DNA of 64,000 nucleotides from an uncultured Colwellia sp. (GCA_963977145.1 CAXBNP010000016.1:18814-82813), one strand, 5' to 3'. Shown: positions 37,491-48,959, counted from the stretch's first letter. Numbers and translations are program-made. Notes: generated by a model from the letters alone, not told the origin.

Positions 37491-40400
37491 ATGATAGGCA
37501 TAAAGTTCCCTTCTTATTACTCACACAATATAAAACGGTTATTTAGCTTTATACTCGGTATGCTCGTGGCCCTTTCAGCCAATGCTGGAGATTTAAATAT
37601 AGTAGCTCACGATTTTCAAGCTAAGAGCATTGTTGCTGTTAATGAAAACTATAAGAAAGCAGTAGTAGACCATGAAAAATCGATATATATAGTCAGAATG
37701 AATTCACCTTCGGTAGCAAGTTATAAAGGTGGTATTAGTGAATTCCACGCAACTAACCCGGCAACTTTAGGGCTTAAGTCCCTCAACGCCAATTCTAAAG
37801 CAAGTAAACAATACGCAAGCTTTTTAAAAACAAAACAAGCGGATTTAATTGAACACAGTGAACGCGCCTTTGGTCGTAAAGTCGAGGTAAAATATAAGTA
37901 TCAACATGCTTTTAATGGTGTCGCGATGGAACTCGACCAACGAGAAGCTAAAGTTTTAGCCACCCTTCCTAATGTAATTAGTGTTACCAAAGAGCGCATT
38001 GAATATCCTTTAACTGATGTGGGCCCTAAATGGATAGGCGCTGATAAAATCTGGGACGGTAGCCATAGCGACGGTAAAAATCATGGTAACCACGGTAATC
38101 ATATGCAAGGCTCAATGGGTGAAGGTGCTGTTGTTGCCATTTTAGATACCGGTATTAATCACGATCATCCTTCATTTGCTGACATAGGCGGAGACGGTTA
38201 CGATCATGAAAACCCCCTAGGGTCTGGAAATTACCTGCCTGGCAGCCATTGTGCAACGACTCCTAGTTTTTGTAATGACAAACTTATTGGTGCTTGGGAT
38301 ATGGTTAAAACACCCACTGACCCTAACTCTCCTGAAGACAGCGATGGTCATGGTAGTCATACAGCCAGTACCACTGCAGGAAATTTTGTCAAACCTGCGA
38401 TTATGTATGCACCAACGACTGATTTGAGTCGTGATATCTCAGGTGTTGCTCCTCATGCCAATATTATTATGTATGATGTTTGCGTAGACGGATGCCCGGG
38501 TTCCGCGCTATTAGCGGCTATTAATCAAGTGGTAATAGATGCCAGTAATCTTCCTAATGGTATTCAATCATTAAACTATTCAATTTCCGGCGGTGAAAAT
38601 CCTTATAGTGACGCCGTTGAGTTAGGTTTTTTAAATGCCACAGCTGCCGGTATCTACGTAGCAGTTTCTGCAGGAAATAGTGGTCCAGGTGCCGCAACGG
38701 TTGCCCATAACTCTCCATGGGTCAGCACAACTGCGGCAATGACACATAACAGAAAAATTGAAAATGCTGTCGTCAGCATGTCAAGTGATGGCGATGCCTT
38801 AGCTAATATTTTTGGCAAGGGTTTTACCAATGGTTATGGTCCCGCTCCTATGGTGTACGCGGGTAACTTCCCGACTGCAAACGGTTCGCAAAATGATGCA
38901 ACACCAGAGCAATGTTTAGATCCATTTCCTGCAGGTCATTTCAATGGTGAAATCGTAGTTTGTGATCGTGGTGCTATAGCGCGCACAGCAAAAGGTGCAA
39001 ATGTGCTTGCCGGTGGAGCTGGCGGTTTTGTACTGGTAAATGCGGCAGCTAACGGTGAAGCTGTTGTTGGCGATGCGCACTTTTTACCTGGGGTACATTT
39101 AGGTTTCACAAATGGTGAAACACTGAAAAGCTGGCTGGCATCAAATACCAATACTATGGGTTCTATCCAAGGTTACGCACTCAACCTTGATAACGCTAAT
39201 GGCGATGTCACGGCTGGTTTCAGTTCACGTGGACCAAATACTACTCTTGATATATTAAAACCTGATATTGGCGCACCCGGTGTAGATATTATGGCGGCAG
39301 TTAATTCTGACGGCGTAACACCTGCTCCAGAATTTGCCTTTCTATCGGGTACATCTATGTCAAGTCCTCACAATGCCGGTAGTGGCGCCTTAGTAGGAAT
39401 GATGACTGACTGGACTCCTTATGAAATAAAGTCTGCGTTAATGATGACCTCTAAAAGTAAAGATTTACTAAAAGATGACGCTATGACGCCAGCAGACCCG
39501 TTTGATGTCGGTGCTGGTCGCGTGCAATTAGATCAAGTATTACGCTCAGGCTTAGTGTTAAGTGAGACGCCTGCAAATTTCCTTGCGGCAGATCCTAATA
39601 CCGGTGGTGACCCGCGCACCTTAAACATTGCAAGTATGCAAGAAAGTAACTGTGTAAGAACCTGTAGCTGGACCCGTATTGTCACACATACCGGTGTCAA
39701 ACACGGTAATTGGAAGCTAAGTGGTCAAAGTGACACTATGGAGGTAAGCGTCTCGCCTAAAAACATTTCACTGCATCAAGGTGAAAGTGCCACTATTACC
39801 ATCACAGCTGACACTACCTTAGCGCCAGCTGGCTGGAATTTTGGTGAGCTAAGGCTAAAATCGTCGGGTCATCATTATGTTGACTTACATATGCCTATTG
39901 CCGCTAACGCTAATAGAAGTTCAACAGCTAATTTGTCAAAAATTGTCGATATGGCATCAGCAAAAGAAGGTGATGTGCTTAACTATGAAATCAAAGTAAC
40001 TAACGGCCAAGTAGTTGATGTTATTGATATTACTGACATGTTACCTGCTAACATGAGTTTTGTTGACGGTTCAATGATTAGTGCTATCGCTAACGGTACA
40101 GAAGCATCTCCTGTTAACGTAAATGATAATCAAATTGACTGGAGTGTTTTTCTTGATGTCGGTGGCCTTAATTTACAAAGCTCACCAGCCCCCTTTGGCT
40201 ACTTCTCATTATCTTCTATTGGGGTAGCTCCATTTGGTTGTCCGACAAATTGTGACGATGGTGCTTTCATCCTGAACATACCAGCGTTTGATTACAACGG
40301 CCAAACGTACTCCAGTGTTATTTGGTCGGTTAATGGCACCATTGAAGTAGGCACCGCTAGTGGTTCTGCAGCAGGGGCGTCAAACCAGAATTTACCTAAC

Positions 40401-40889
40401 GTTTCACTACCTAACAATATTCTAGCGCCATTTTGGTCAGACTTAAATCTTGCTGCAGGTGGCAATTGGTATGTAGCTGTGCTTAATGCAGGACCGCAAC
40501 AATTCACGGTTTATGAATGGGAAGATGTGCCATTTTTCGGTGACCCTACTAGTTCTACTTTCCAAGTTTGGGTAGAAAATGGCACCTCAAACATTTGGTT
40601 TGTTTATGCAGATCTGCCACTTATTCCTGCAAACTTAACCGTTGGCGTAGAAAATGACGATGGCACTGTTGGCTCATCATACTTCCATGATGGCAACGGC
40701 ACAGCACCGACACCTGGCATAGACCTTCAAGTAGTGAGTTCACAAGGTGGTATAGCAACCTTAAATTTCCAAGGCAAGATAGAAAGTTGTCATAAAAAAC
40801 ATGACAATGTCAAAGTCAATGAAGTTCACATGAGTACTGGGGGTATATCTGGCATGGCTTATGCCGCTACAAGTTGTGAAAAAAAGTAA
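37491..40889 (+). CDS. Secreted subtilisin-like serine protease (S8) with an I9 propeptide, a PA insert and a long C-terminal extension
   Basis: Catalytic triad motifs are AILDTGINHDHPSF (Asp), DSDGHGSHTAST (His) and GTSMSSPH (Ser). The PA-like insert is GEIVVCDRGAIARTAKGANVLAGGAGGFVLVN. GGAGA RBS is present. Confidence 0.9.
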   Translation: MIGIKFPSYYSHNIKRLFSFILGMLVALSANAGDLNIVAHDFQAKSIVAVNENYKKAVVDHEKSIYIVRMNSPSVASYKGGISEFHATNPATLGLKSLNANSKASKQYASFLKTKQADLIEHSERAFGRKVEVKYKYQHAFNGVAMELDQREAKVLATLPNVISVTKERIEYPLTDVGPKWIGADKIWDGSHSDGKNHGNHGNHMQGSMGEGAVVAILDTGINHDHPSFADIGGDGYDHENPLGSGNYLPGSHCATTPSFCNDKLIGAWDMVKTPTDPNSPEDSDGHGSHTASTTAGNFVKPAIMYAPTTDLSRDISGVAPHANIIMYDVCVDGCPGSALLAAINQVVIDASNLPNGIQSLNYSISGGENPYSDAVELGFLNATAAGIYVAVSAGNSGPGAATVAHNSPWVSTTAAMTHNRKIENAVVSMSSDGDALANIFGKGFTNGYGPAPMVYAGNFPTANGSQNDATPEQCLDPFPAGHFNGEIVVCDRGAIARTAKGANVLAGGAGGFVLVNAAANGEAVVGDAHFLPGVHLGFTNGETLKSWLASNTNTMGSIQGYALNLDNANGDVTAGFSSRGPNTTLDILKPDIGAPGVDIMAAVNSDGVTPAPEFAFLSGTSMSSPHNAGSGALVGMMTDWTPYEIKSALMMTSKSKDLLKDDAMTPADPFDVGAGRVQLDQVLRSGLVLSETPANFLAADPNTGGDPRTLNIASMQESNCVRTCSWTRIVTHTGVKHGNWKLSGQSDTMEVSVSPKNISLHQGESATITITADTTLAPAGWNFGELRLKSSGHHYVDLHMPIAANANRSSTANLSKIVDMASAKEGDVLNYEIKVTNGQVVDVIDITDMLPANMSFVDGSMISAIANGTEASPVNVNDNQIDWSVFLDVGGLNLQSSPAPFGYFSLSSIGVAPFGCPTNCDDGAFILNIPAFDYNGQTYSSVIWSVNGTIEVGTASGSAAGASNQNLPNVSLPNNILAPFWSDLNLAAGGNWYVAVLNAGPQQFTVYEWEDVPFFGDPTSSTFQVWVENGTSNIWFVYADLPLIPANLTVGVENDDGTVGSSYFHDGNGTAPTPGIDLQVVSSQGGIATLNFQGKIESCHKKHDNVKVNEVHMSTGGISGMAYAATSCEKK

Positions 40890-41008
40890 GCGAGAAACAG
40901 CAGTAAATTAATACTTAAAAGCTAGATAAAAAGTGAGTTTAGCTTAATAACGCCGATCAATTAATAGATATTTCAAGATCCATTGATCGATCTTATCGTT
41001 GAGATATA

Positions 41009-41043
41009 AAGGCTGCCGAATTTGTTCGGTGGCCTTTTATTTT
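41009..41043 (+). terminator. Intrinsic terminator of the S8 protease gene
   Basis: AAGGCTGCCGAA pairs with TTCGGTGGCCTT (12 bp, two G-U pairs), followed by TTTTATTTT. Confidence 0.8.
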
Positions 41044-41304
41044 GCAACTAACATTTGCTATGGCGCCAACATCAAAGATGTTAGGCCAAGTTATAAAATT
41101 TATTTGTGCTGGTTTTACTAACCAATGAGCTAAAATAGACACTCTTACGATTATAAAGCGCAGAAGCGCTTTCGAACGACATATCGCCATAAAGTGATCT
41201 GTGATACCAACTACGGTTGTTTCTGCTTTTCGATGTTGGAGGCACTTTATATTGATTTTTTGTTAGTATGGTTTCAGCGCTAAACTACAAGAGAGCAAAA
41301 TCGC

Positions 41305-41880
41305 ATGGCTAATCCTTTAATTATTCCGATACTTAGATATTTAAGGGAGCAAAACAGTGCCTGTTCGATCGTAGATTTGGTGAGCCTTTGTAAACAAGAC
41401 TTTCTTGCGCTTATGGGCAACGATGCCGATTTACAGATAGTTACTTTTAAAAAAAATTTTTTTGTGATGAATGCGCTTTATCAAATCCAACGAGATATTC
41501 AAAGCGAGGGATTTTCACTGAGCATTTTTCCATTAAAAATCTGTCTGCTGCCGAGTGGCGCTGAAAATAAAGCAGCCCTTGCGACACCTGATAATGTGCT
41601 GGCTCAGTACTATTTGGATTGGTCGAACTTAACTAACATCACAGCTAAAGACGTTGAAGCACTGTTTTCCAGTTTCTGGCAAAGGTATCGTGCTAAAGGC
41701 AAAGTTGATGCCGCCTTGACTATTTTAGGACTAACTCAAGATGTTGATTGGCTTAAGATACGTCAGGCTTATCAAAAGAAAATTATCATTTGCCACCCAG
41801 ATAAAGGCGGCTGCGCAGCAGACTTTATTGAAATTCGCGAAGCTTACGAGGTGCTCAGTTGCCGTTATCGTCAAACCTAG
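41305..41880 (+). CDS. J-domain protein (DNA-J-related N-terminal region + C-terminal J domain)
   Basis: C-terminal WLKIRQAYQKKIIICHPDKGG...FIEIREAYEVL contains the HPD motif. The N-terminal ~130 aa is not otherwise assigned. Confidence 0.7.
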   Translation: MANPLIIPILRYLREQNSACSIVDLVSLCKQDFLALMGNDADLQIVTFKKNFFVMNALYQIQRDIQSEGFSLSIFPLKICLLPSGAENKAALATPDNVLAQYYLDWSNLTNITAKDVEALFSSFWQRYRAKGKVDAALTILGLTQDVDWLKIRQAYQKKIIICHPDKGGCAADFIEIREAYEVLSCRYRQT

Positions 41881-42540
41881 CAATAATTTTATTGATTTAA
41901 TAACTTAAAATTTTTTACTAAAATCTAGTTGGTAATAAAATTTAGCTAACAGTTATTTAATTGCCAGTATAGCCACTTATGAGCTGTTTCTTACCCAGCC
42001 AATACTAAGTAAATAGCTATTACCTTTTAATATTTTAGATACTTGATGTTGACAAATATCGGGCCGAAATAGCTTTAGGCGCTTTGTTGCAAATATTGAT
42101 TTTTCACAAATAAAATCACCACCTTAAACGGTATTTTTTAACACGACATTTAACCTATAATGCCCCCTAAATCAACTTTATCAGTGTCTGGCGCTATTTC
42201 GCTACCCTCAGAAAACTTTAGTAAATATGTGTCAAATGTTATTAGCCACAGCGCTGCGCAATAACGTTTTGTCATAGCCCGACTTCTGTCAGCCTCGCTG
42301 CCAGCGAAATAATTTACTGAAAAAAGTCATCATAAGTTTGGCAACAGATACCACTGACTCTGTCTGAGGTAGCTGCATCTGTATCCACATTTTCGCTCAC
42401 TAAATAGCATTGAAAATAGTCAATGGAAACCTCATCATGCTTCAACTTAATAAATATGTCATAACCGGTGAACTATTTTCCTGATAAGTTTCCCTTACTT
42501 AATGATGATAACTAAATGGCGATAATTCGTTCTATAAATG

Positions 42541-43488
42541 TTAAATTTTTTCGAATACCGTCACTCTTAATTTTCTATCGACATTATCATCAGGAAAATC
42601 ACACTCACTGGTGAACCGTTCAATCATTTTTAAGGTTTTGGACGATGATTCAATAATCTCAGTATCTGACAGATCCCATGAAGCATCATAACGATGAAAC
42701 AAACAAATTAACCAACCACCTGGGTTTAAAAGCTTTGAGCAAAGACTGACCAATTTCGAAAAGTCTTGCCCTTTAGGCTGATGCTCGGAATAAGGTGATT
42801 TATAGACTTTTGGCGGCGGATCTAAAATAATACCATCGAAGGTCTGGCCATGCTTTATTGCTTTGGGTAAATGCTTATAAATATCACCCTGTATAAAGCT
42901 GCGCGTACCAAAATCAAGGCCATTTTTTTGGTAACTTTTTTTCATGCGCGGCAACAAATCTTTCGATTTATCTAAATGAATCGCGGCTTTTGCTCCGCCC
43001 TTTAAGGCTGCAATCCCAAGACTGCCAGTGAATGAAAATAAGTTCAATACACGTCGGCCATCACTATTATTGGCTAACCACTTACGCACAGGACGCGCGT
43101 CCAAGTACAAGCCACAGTTATGCATGGCATCGGGCACTAAACTATAAGATAGACCATACTCTTCAGCAAACTCTGGCGCGCTGGATAATTCACCATGAAG
43201 CGCGAACATTCGCTGACTCAGCCGAAGTCCAAGCGACTGATCACCTTTAGCCAAAATTAATGTAAAAGGAAAAAGCGCTAACAATACATTTTTAATGCTC
43301 TCAAGGTCTTCACGGATATCGTCCTTAAACTCAACTATCGCCATGGTGCCAAACTTTTCAATAACAACACCTTTTGCACCTTCAGTGTAACCATGAAAAA
43401 CACGCCAACAATCAAACTCATCGGACTGATGTAAAACTTTTCGCTGGTGCCATGCTTTTTCTATTAGCTCGTGCCACTTTGTTGTCAA
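42541..43488 (-). CDS. Class I SAM-dependent methyltransferase (RlmI/RlmK-like catalytic domain)
   Basis: VLNLFSFTGSLGIAALKGGA is the SAM motif I. FDGIILDPPP is the DPPx motif typical of rRNA m5C/m2G methyltransferases. TTG start. Confidence 0.7.
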   Translation of the reverse strand: MTTKWHELIEKAWHQRKVLHQSDEFDCWRVFHGYTEGAKGVVIEKFGTMAIVEFKDDIREDLESIKNVLLALFPFTLILAKGDQSLGLRLSQRMFALHGELSSAPEFAEEYGLSYSLVPDAMHNCGLYLDARPVRKWLANNSDGRRVLNLFSFTGSLGIAALKGGAKAAIHLDKSKDLLPRMKKSYQKNGLDFGTRSFIQGDIYKHLPKAIKHGQTFDGIILDPPPKVYKSPYSEHQPKGQDFSKLVSLCSKLLNPGGWLICLFHRYDASWDLSDTEIIESSSKTLKMIERFTSECDFPDDNVDRKLRVTVFEKI

Positions 43489-43685
43489 ATCTATGCCCTG
43501 CCCCTTGGTATATTATTACTGGTGATTATATATATTCTTGAGCTAATACGAAGACATATAAATAATCGATCATTCTAAGCTAGTCTAAAAACCTAACAAG
43601 CTGAAAACACGCAATAGTAGATTATTGCAATAACAGGTTGAACAACTAAAAAACAAAATAAAAGCATGGACTTAGCATGTTATAT

Positions 43686-43883
43686 TTATTCGTTCATGAC
43701 TTCACCTAAACTACTTATTTTATCTTTTACTCGTTCTAGATAAATTTTATAAGCCTGCGTTTCGCTATTTTTAACCGGCAAATCAGTGCTCAAACTTAAA
43801 CTTTTCATGGTCTCGTGAATCTCGACCTCAAAGCGCTTATTACTTCGTAGCGTAGCGATCAATGATGTTAAAAATGACGCCAT
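43686..43883 (-). CDS. Small hypothetical ORF (doubtful)
   Basis: 65-aa ORF with no homology recognised. It overlaps a 44-codon ORF (43840-43974) in another frame, so this may be a frameshifted relic. Confidence 0.2.
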   Translation of the reverse strand: MASFLTSLIATLRSNKRFEVEIHETMKSLSLSTDLPVKNSETQAYKIYLERVKDKISSLGEVMNE

Positions 43884-44445
43884 ACTCTGGGAAAGAACAA
43901 CGATGTTTGTTCGATCTCTGAGTACCTAGCCTTTTCAATATTAACTGGTCACTTAAGGCTTGCAAGCGTTTCATTTAAGCTATCTAAACCACAAAATTGA
44001 GGTTATTTATTTTTTATTGTTACCTTACACCTGCGACATAAGATGTTAAAACATATGCATTAAATTTTAGTGCCGTAAATTATCATGTCATTTTAGTAAC
44101 AACAGCTAAATAAAATGCTTCAGTATGATGATTTAATTGATTTTACTCGTGACAACGATCAATCATTGATTATATGATGCCTTTAGCTATTTAGAAAATG
44201 CTGAGTAAGTATGACTAAAAAAAGAAAATTTAGCTGGCTCATTAAATACAGTATTAACAGTACACTGGCAGCGAACTATTCGCAGCAATTGTACGAAAGA
44301 TAAATTTACTGAAGAAGCTTATACAAAAATTAAAGCGTTGTGAGAATGACCATCTCAACAACGACATAAAGCCGATTTAAGAGCCTACATACTAGCTGAT
44401 AATCCATATTCAGCTAAAAAACAATAAATGACATAAGGAAAAACG

Positions 44446-44865
44446 ATGAAAGGAGCAGGCGGTACTTCAGGCGGTTTAAGCCACTTTTTTATTGGCATCA
44501 TCATGATGTGTGGTGGTTTTTATATGCTATTAAACGCAATCACAGTAACATCAAATTTTGGCATGGGCGTGCGTTTATATGGTTTTTCCGCCATGGGTGG
44601 CAACTATAATATAACCAGTGGCATGATAATGATCCCATTCATGTTTGGTGTTGGGCTTATTTTTTATAATAGTAAAAACATTCTCGGTTGGGTGTTATCC
44701 ATTGGTGCAATTACCGGATTAATATTCGGCGTAATATCCTCGATTAGATTTACATTTAAAACCATGAGCTCTTTCGATTTAGTGGTAATACTTGTGCTAG
44801 CCATGGGCGGCTTAGGTTTATTTTTACGTTCTTTAAAAGCTTTAGATCAACAGTTGCCGGATTAA
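44446..44865 (+). CDS. Hypothetical small membrane protein
   Basis: 139 aa with four hydrophobic segments. AAGGAAAAA RBS precedes the ATG. No family recognised. Confidence 0.55.
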   Translation: MKGAGGTSGGLSHFFIGIIMMCGGFYMLLNAITVTSNFGMGVRLYGFSAMGGNYNITSGMIMIPFMFGVGLIFYNSKNILGWVLSIGAITGLIFGVISSIRFTFKTMSSFDLVVILVLAMGGLGLFLRSLKALDQQLPD

Positions 44866-45125
44866 ACGTTACGCCATAGACACTAATAAGGCAGAACTAA
44901 AGCCTGTTAAAATAAAATAAAAGCCAGTTTTTATATAACGGATTAGATAAATCACATTACCGTTATTGCTTTAGTCGCTATTCACCATAGTCATAAGGGT
45001 AATTTGACATATTTACAATAGCAACATTTGCGCTTAAACTGCTGAGAGTCATAAATTTATATAAAAATAATAAATACATTAAAATAGCCATTAACCCTAG
45101 CTCCTAACTTTTTAAAAGGTTCATT

Positions 45126-46715
45126 ATGCAGCAATCATTTATGAGTGCAGTTTATAAAAACTTTCTTGGCAACTCGCCTGAGTGGTATAAACTCGCAATA
45201 ATTTCATTTTTAGTCATCAACCCTTTGTTATTTTTCTTCGTCGATCCTTACATTGCCGGTTGGGCATTAGTTATTGAGTTTATCTTTACATTGGCCATGG
45301 CACTTAAATGCTATCCATTACAACCGGGTGGCTTATTAGCTATAGAAGCGGTGGCCATAGGCATGACAACCCCAGGGCAAGTCATGCATGAGATGATTTT
45401 AAATTTTGAAGTGATCTTGCTATTAATCTTTATGGTGGCCGGTATTTACTTTATGAAGAGCTTGTTGCTATTTTTGTTCACTAAAATAGTCACCAAAGTT
45501 CGTTCTAAAGTGATGGTTTCTTTACTCTTTTGTTTCTCTGGCGCCTTTTTATCTGCCTTTTTAGATGCCTTAACGGTTATCGCAGTCATCATTAGTGTTG
45601 CTGTCGGCTTTTACTCGGTTTATCACAAAGTTGCTTCGGGAAAAGATATCCTGATTGAACACGACCATACTAGTGACCATGAATTAGCTGAATACTCCCG
45701 TACTGATCTAGAGCAATTTCGCGGTTATTTGCGTAATTTAATGATGCATGCGGGTGTTGGTACCGCTTTAGGTGGTGTATGTACTATCGTAGGTGAACCA
45801 CAAAACTTAGTTATTGGTCAACAGGCCGGTTGGGAATTTCTCGAGTTTGCCATTCGTATGTCACCAGTAACCATCCCAGTGTTTTTTGCTGGTATGTTAA
45901 CCTGTGTATTTTTAGAAAAAGTAAAATGGTTTGGTTACGGTGTAGCTTTACCGGAAAATGTTTATAAGGTGTTAAATGAGTATGATATTGCTGAAAGTGA
46001 AAAACGCAATAAACTTGATAACGTTAAACTTATAGTACAAGGCGCTATTGCTGTTTGGTTGATTGTTGGTCTTGCTTTACATTTAGCACCGGTCGGCATG
46101 ATTGGCTTGTCTGTCATCATACTTGCAACCGCGTTTACCGGCATTACTGAAGAACATCAAATTGGCCATGCTTTTGAAGAAGCCTTACCCTTTACAGCAT
46201 TATTGGCGGTATTTTTTGCCGTCGTTGCTGTTATTGTTGACCAATCGTTATTTACACCTGTTATTACTTGGGTGTTGACGTTCGAGGGTAACATGCAATT
46301 GGTGATGTTCTATCTGGCCAATGGCTTATTATCTATGGTTAGTGATAACGTCTTCGTTGGTACGGTATACATTACAGAAATTCAAAAGGCGCTAATGGCA
46401 GGTCAAATCACTCGCGACCAATTTGATTTATTGGCTGTGGCGATTAACACAGGTACCAACTTACCAAGTGTCGCTACGCCGAATGGTCAAGCGGCTTTCC
46501 TATTCTTGTTAACGTCAGCATTAGCACCGTTAATTCGTCTATCATATGGACGAATGGTAATAATGGCATTTCCATACACCATAGTGTTAACCATTGTTGG
46601 CTTGTTAGCGATATCAACCGGACAGTTAACCAAATATACTCAGTATTTTTATGATATCGACCTTATACAGCATCACAGTGTTAAGCCTGCTGCTAACCAG
46701 CCTGGCGGTCACTAA
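45126..46715 (+). CDS. nhaB: Na+/H+ antiporter NhaB
   Basis: 529 aa. [25 protein letters not shown] matches the conserved NhaB N-terminus. dsbB lies immediately downstream, as in E. coli. Confidence 0.9.
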   Translation: MQQSFMSAVYKNFLGNSPEWYKLAIISFLVINPLLFFFVDPYIAGWALVIEFIFTLAMALKCYPLQPGGLLAIEAVAIGMTTPGQVMHEMILNFEVILLLIFMVAGIYFMKSLLLFLFTKIVTKVRSKVMVSLLFCFSGAFLSAFLDALTVIAVIISVAVGFYSVYHKVASGKDILIEHDHTSDHELAEYSRTDLEQFRGYLRNLMMHAGVGTALGGVCTIVGEPQNLVIGQQAGWEFLEFAIRMSPVTIPVFFAGMLTCVFLEKVKWFGYGVALPENVYKVLNEYDIAESEKRNKLDNVKLIVQGAIAVWLIVGLALHLAPVGMIGLSVIILATAFTGITEEHQIGHAFEEALPFTALLAVFFAVVAVIVDQSLFTPVITWVLTFEGNMQLVMFYLANGLLSMVSDNVFVGTVYITEIQKALMAGQITRDQFDLLAVAINTGTNLPSVATPNGQAAFLFLLTSALAPLIRLSYGRMVIMAFPYTIVLTIVGLLAISTGQLTKYTQYFYDIDLIQHHSVKPAANQPGGH

Positions 46716-46761
46716 TAATGTTTGAATAAGCTTTAAATTAAAAGCTGATATAAAATTTAAC

Positions 46762-46784
46762 AAAGCGCCCTTGTGGCGCTTTTT
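46762..46784 (+). terminator. Intrinsic terminator after nhaB
   Basis: AAAGCGCC pairs with GGCGCTTT across a 5-nt loop, and the stem runs into a T5 tract. Confidence 0.75.
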
Positions 46785-46845
46785 AATTATTGCTTGCATA
46801 ACTAGCAATTTCCTAAAATAACAAGTCATTCATAGGTGAAATTTC

Positions 46846-47364
46846 GTGAACTTTCTCAGTCAATTATCTTTAAACCCACGAGCTTGGCAATTGCTCGCTG
46901 CTAGTGCCTTATGTTTTGAATTAATCGCACTATACTTTCAATATTTTATGGGGCTTGAGCCCTGCATTATGTGTATTTATCAACGCACAGCAATTTGGGG
47001 GATATTTTTAGCTGGTGTTGTTGGCGCTTTAGGCTGTCAAAACCTATTGTTACGCATTATAGCTTATGGCTTATGGGCAACTGGCGCGATTTGGGGCTTT
47101 ATCATTGCCTTAGAGCATGTCGACATGCAGTCTTCAACCATGTCATTTTTATTTAGTTGTGAGTTTATTCCAAACTTCCCTACTTGGGCGCCATTACATC
47201 AATGGCTACCGGCTTTATTCGAAGCAACGGGTGACTGTGGCGATATTAAATGGCAGTTTTTAGGCTTTACAATGCCACAAGTGATGCTAGTTATATTTGC
47301 TATTTATAGCGCAGCTTTCGCTGTGGTTTTATTGGCGCGTTTGTTAAAAGAAAAAGTGCTTTAA
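46846..47364 (+). CDS. dsbB: Disulfide bond formation protein DsbB
   Basis: GTG start with an AGGTGA RBS. Four TM helices. The first periplasmic loop has the CIMC pair ([11 protein letters not shown]) and there is a second Cys pair further downstream. It follows nhaB. Confidence 0.9.
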   Translation: MNFLSQLSLNPRAWQLLAASALCFELIALYFQYFMGLEPCIMCIYQRTAIWGIFLAGVVGALGCQNLLLRIIAYGLWATGAIWGFIIALEHVDMQSSTMSFLFSCEFIPNFPTWAPLHQWLPALFEATGDCGDIKWQFLGFTMPQVMLVIFAIYSAAFAVVLLARLLKEKVL

Positions 47365-47533
47365 TGACCGAGCGGTATAATTATTAGCAGCGTCATGGCA
47401 TGGCTGTTCTTTCAATTCGTCGTGCTTTGATATCGACATGTAAAGACAGCTTAATGTGGTGATCTTATGTTCTGTAATGGCTATAGATACTTAATTTCTT
47501 TCTACGACAAAGCTGCCTACTCAACCTCAGCAT

Positions 47534-47563
47534 AAAAAAAGCGGCATATATGCCGCTTTTTTT
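47534..47563. terminator. Bidirectional intrinsic terminator between dsbB and the SLC13 permease gene
   Basis: A7 + GCGGCATATATGCCGC + T7, a perfect palindrome flanked by complementary A and T runs. Confidence 0.85.
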
Positions 47564-47582
47564 AACTTACTTTGACATGCGA

Positions 47583-48959
47583 TTAGATCAATAGTAGGTA
47601 ACAGACGATACCGACTAAACAGGCAATAATAAAGCTCAGCACAGCCCCTTCTCTGACCATCTCTTTAATTTCAATTTCGCCGGTACCATAAGCAATAGCA
47701 TTGGGCGCTGTTGCTACAGGTAACATAAAGGCACAGCTTGCAGCAATCGCTGCCGGTACCATTAACACTCTAGGATCATAGCCAGATGCGATTGCTGCCG
47801 CAGCCAAAATCGGCATCAGTAACGTTGCTGTTGCAGTGTTACTGGTTATTTCTGTTAAGTAGGTGACCACCAAACAAATAGTAACAATCATGATGATCAC
47901 AGGTAAATTCGCAAAAGATGCTAACCACTGCCCTAATAAACCACTTAAACCAGAGGCAACAAAACCTTTAGCTAATGCGATACCGCCTGCAAAAAGTAAT
48001 AACATACCCCACGGAATGGTTTTAGCACTGTCCCAATCTAATAAGCGTGAACCTTTGCCATTGGGGATGATAAACATTAACACTACGGCGAATAAAGCGA
48101 CGGTACTATCACCGGCTATCTCGATATCTAATGCGCCACTCCAACCACCAAAAGGTTCTTTACGGGTGATCCATGCCAGTGCTGTTAATCCAAAAACCCA
48201 TAAAGTGCGCTTTTCTTCTGCACGCCATGGTCCCAGCACAGGTAAGTGCACTTCTTGCGCTAATTTGACATTTCTGGTTAACCAAAAGGCCATAATAGGA
48301 ATAGCAAGTACCACAATAGGTACGCCAATTTTCATCCATTCTAAAAAGCCAAATTCGACACCGGTTTGCTCTTCGTATATGCCCATAAAAATCACGTTAG
48401 GCGGCGTACCAATAGGGGTACCAACACCACCAACGCTCGCTGCATAGGCAATGCCGAGAATTAAAGCAACTTTAAGATTTTGATTGTCTATATGCTTAAG
48501 GATTGCTAAAGCAATCGGCAACATAATCAGCGTTGTTGCGGTATTAGAAATCCACATGCTTAAAAAAGCACTCGCTAGCATAAAGCCAAAGACCATGCGC
48601 CGACCACTTTCGACGCCGACTAACTTAACCATATAAACCGCTAAACGCTCATGTGCACCACTCTTTTCAATGGCTTTTGACAGCATAAATGCCCCCATTA
48701 ATAGCAAAATCACATGACTACCTAAGGCGGAGGCGACCGCTTTATGATCGACAATCCCAAAAAGCGGTAACAAGGCAAAAGGCACTAACGACGTTGCAGG
48801 AATAGGTAGAGCTTCGGTGACCCACCAAATCACGGTTAACAAGGTTATCGCTGCTGCGATAGCGGCTTTATTTTCCAGACCAAGGGTTTGCAAAATGAAA
48901 TAAAACATTACCGCTATCAAAGGTGCTAGTGGTATAAAGAGTTGCTTCGAAAGTTTCAT
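47583..48959 (-). CDS. SLC13/DASS-family sodium-coupled anion (sulfate/dicarboxylate) symporter
   Basis: 458 aa polytopic protein. WWVTEALPIPATSLVPFALLPLFGI and a repeated SNTATT-type motif (ISNTATTLIM, TSNTATATLLMP) are typical of the family. Confidence 0.8.
   Translation of the reverse strand: MKLSKQLFIPLAPLIAVMFYFILQTLGLENKAAIAAAITLLTVIWWVTEALPIPATSLVPFALLPLFGIVDHKAVASALGSHVILLLMGAFMLSKAIEKSGAHERLAVYMVKLVGVESGRRMVFGFMLASAFLSMWISNTATTLIMLPIALAILKHIDNQNLKVALILGIAYAASVGGVGTPIGTPPNVIFMGIYEEQTGVEFGFLEWMKIGVPIVVLAIPIMAFWLTRNVKLAQEVHLPVLGPWRAEEKRTLWVFGLTALAWITRKEPFGGWSGALDIEIAGDSTVALFAVVLMFIIPNGKGSRLLDWDSAKTIPWGMLLLFAGGIALAKGFVASGLSGLLGQWLASFANLPVIIMIVTICLVVTYLTEITSNTATATLLMPILAAAAIASGYDPRVLMVPAAIAASCAFMLPVATAPNAIAYGTGEIEIKEMVREGAVLSFIIACLVGIVCYLLLI

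Noticed and set aside
47863-48447. A 194-aa ORF antisense to the SLC13 permease gene.
   Set aside because: It lies entirely within a well-supported membrane-protein gene on the other strand. Its sequence is Pro/Thr/Lys-rich and low in complexity, and it has no RBS. It is a typical shadow ORF. The same reasoning applies to 13145-13585, 15518-15979, 16397-16714, 35801-36055, 38936-39151, 40292-40507, 56450-57131 and 58944-59210.
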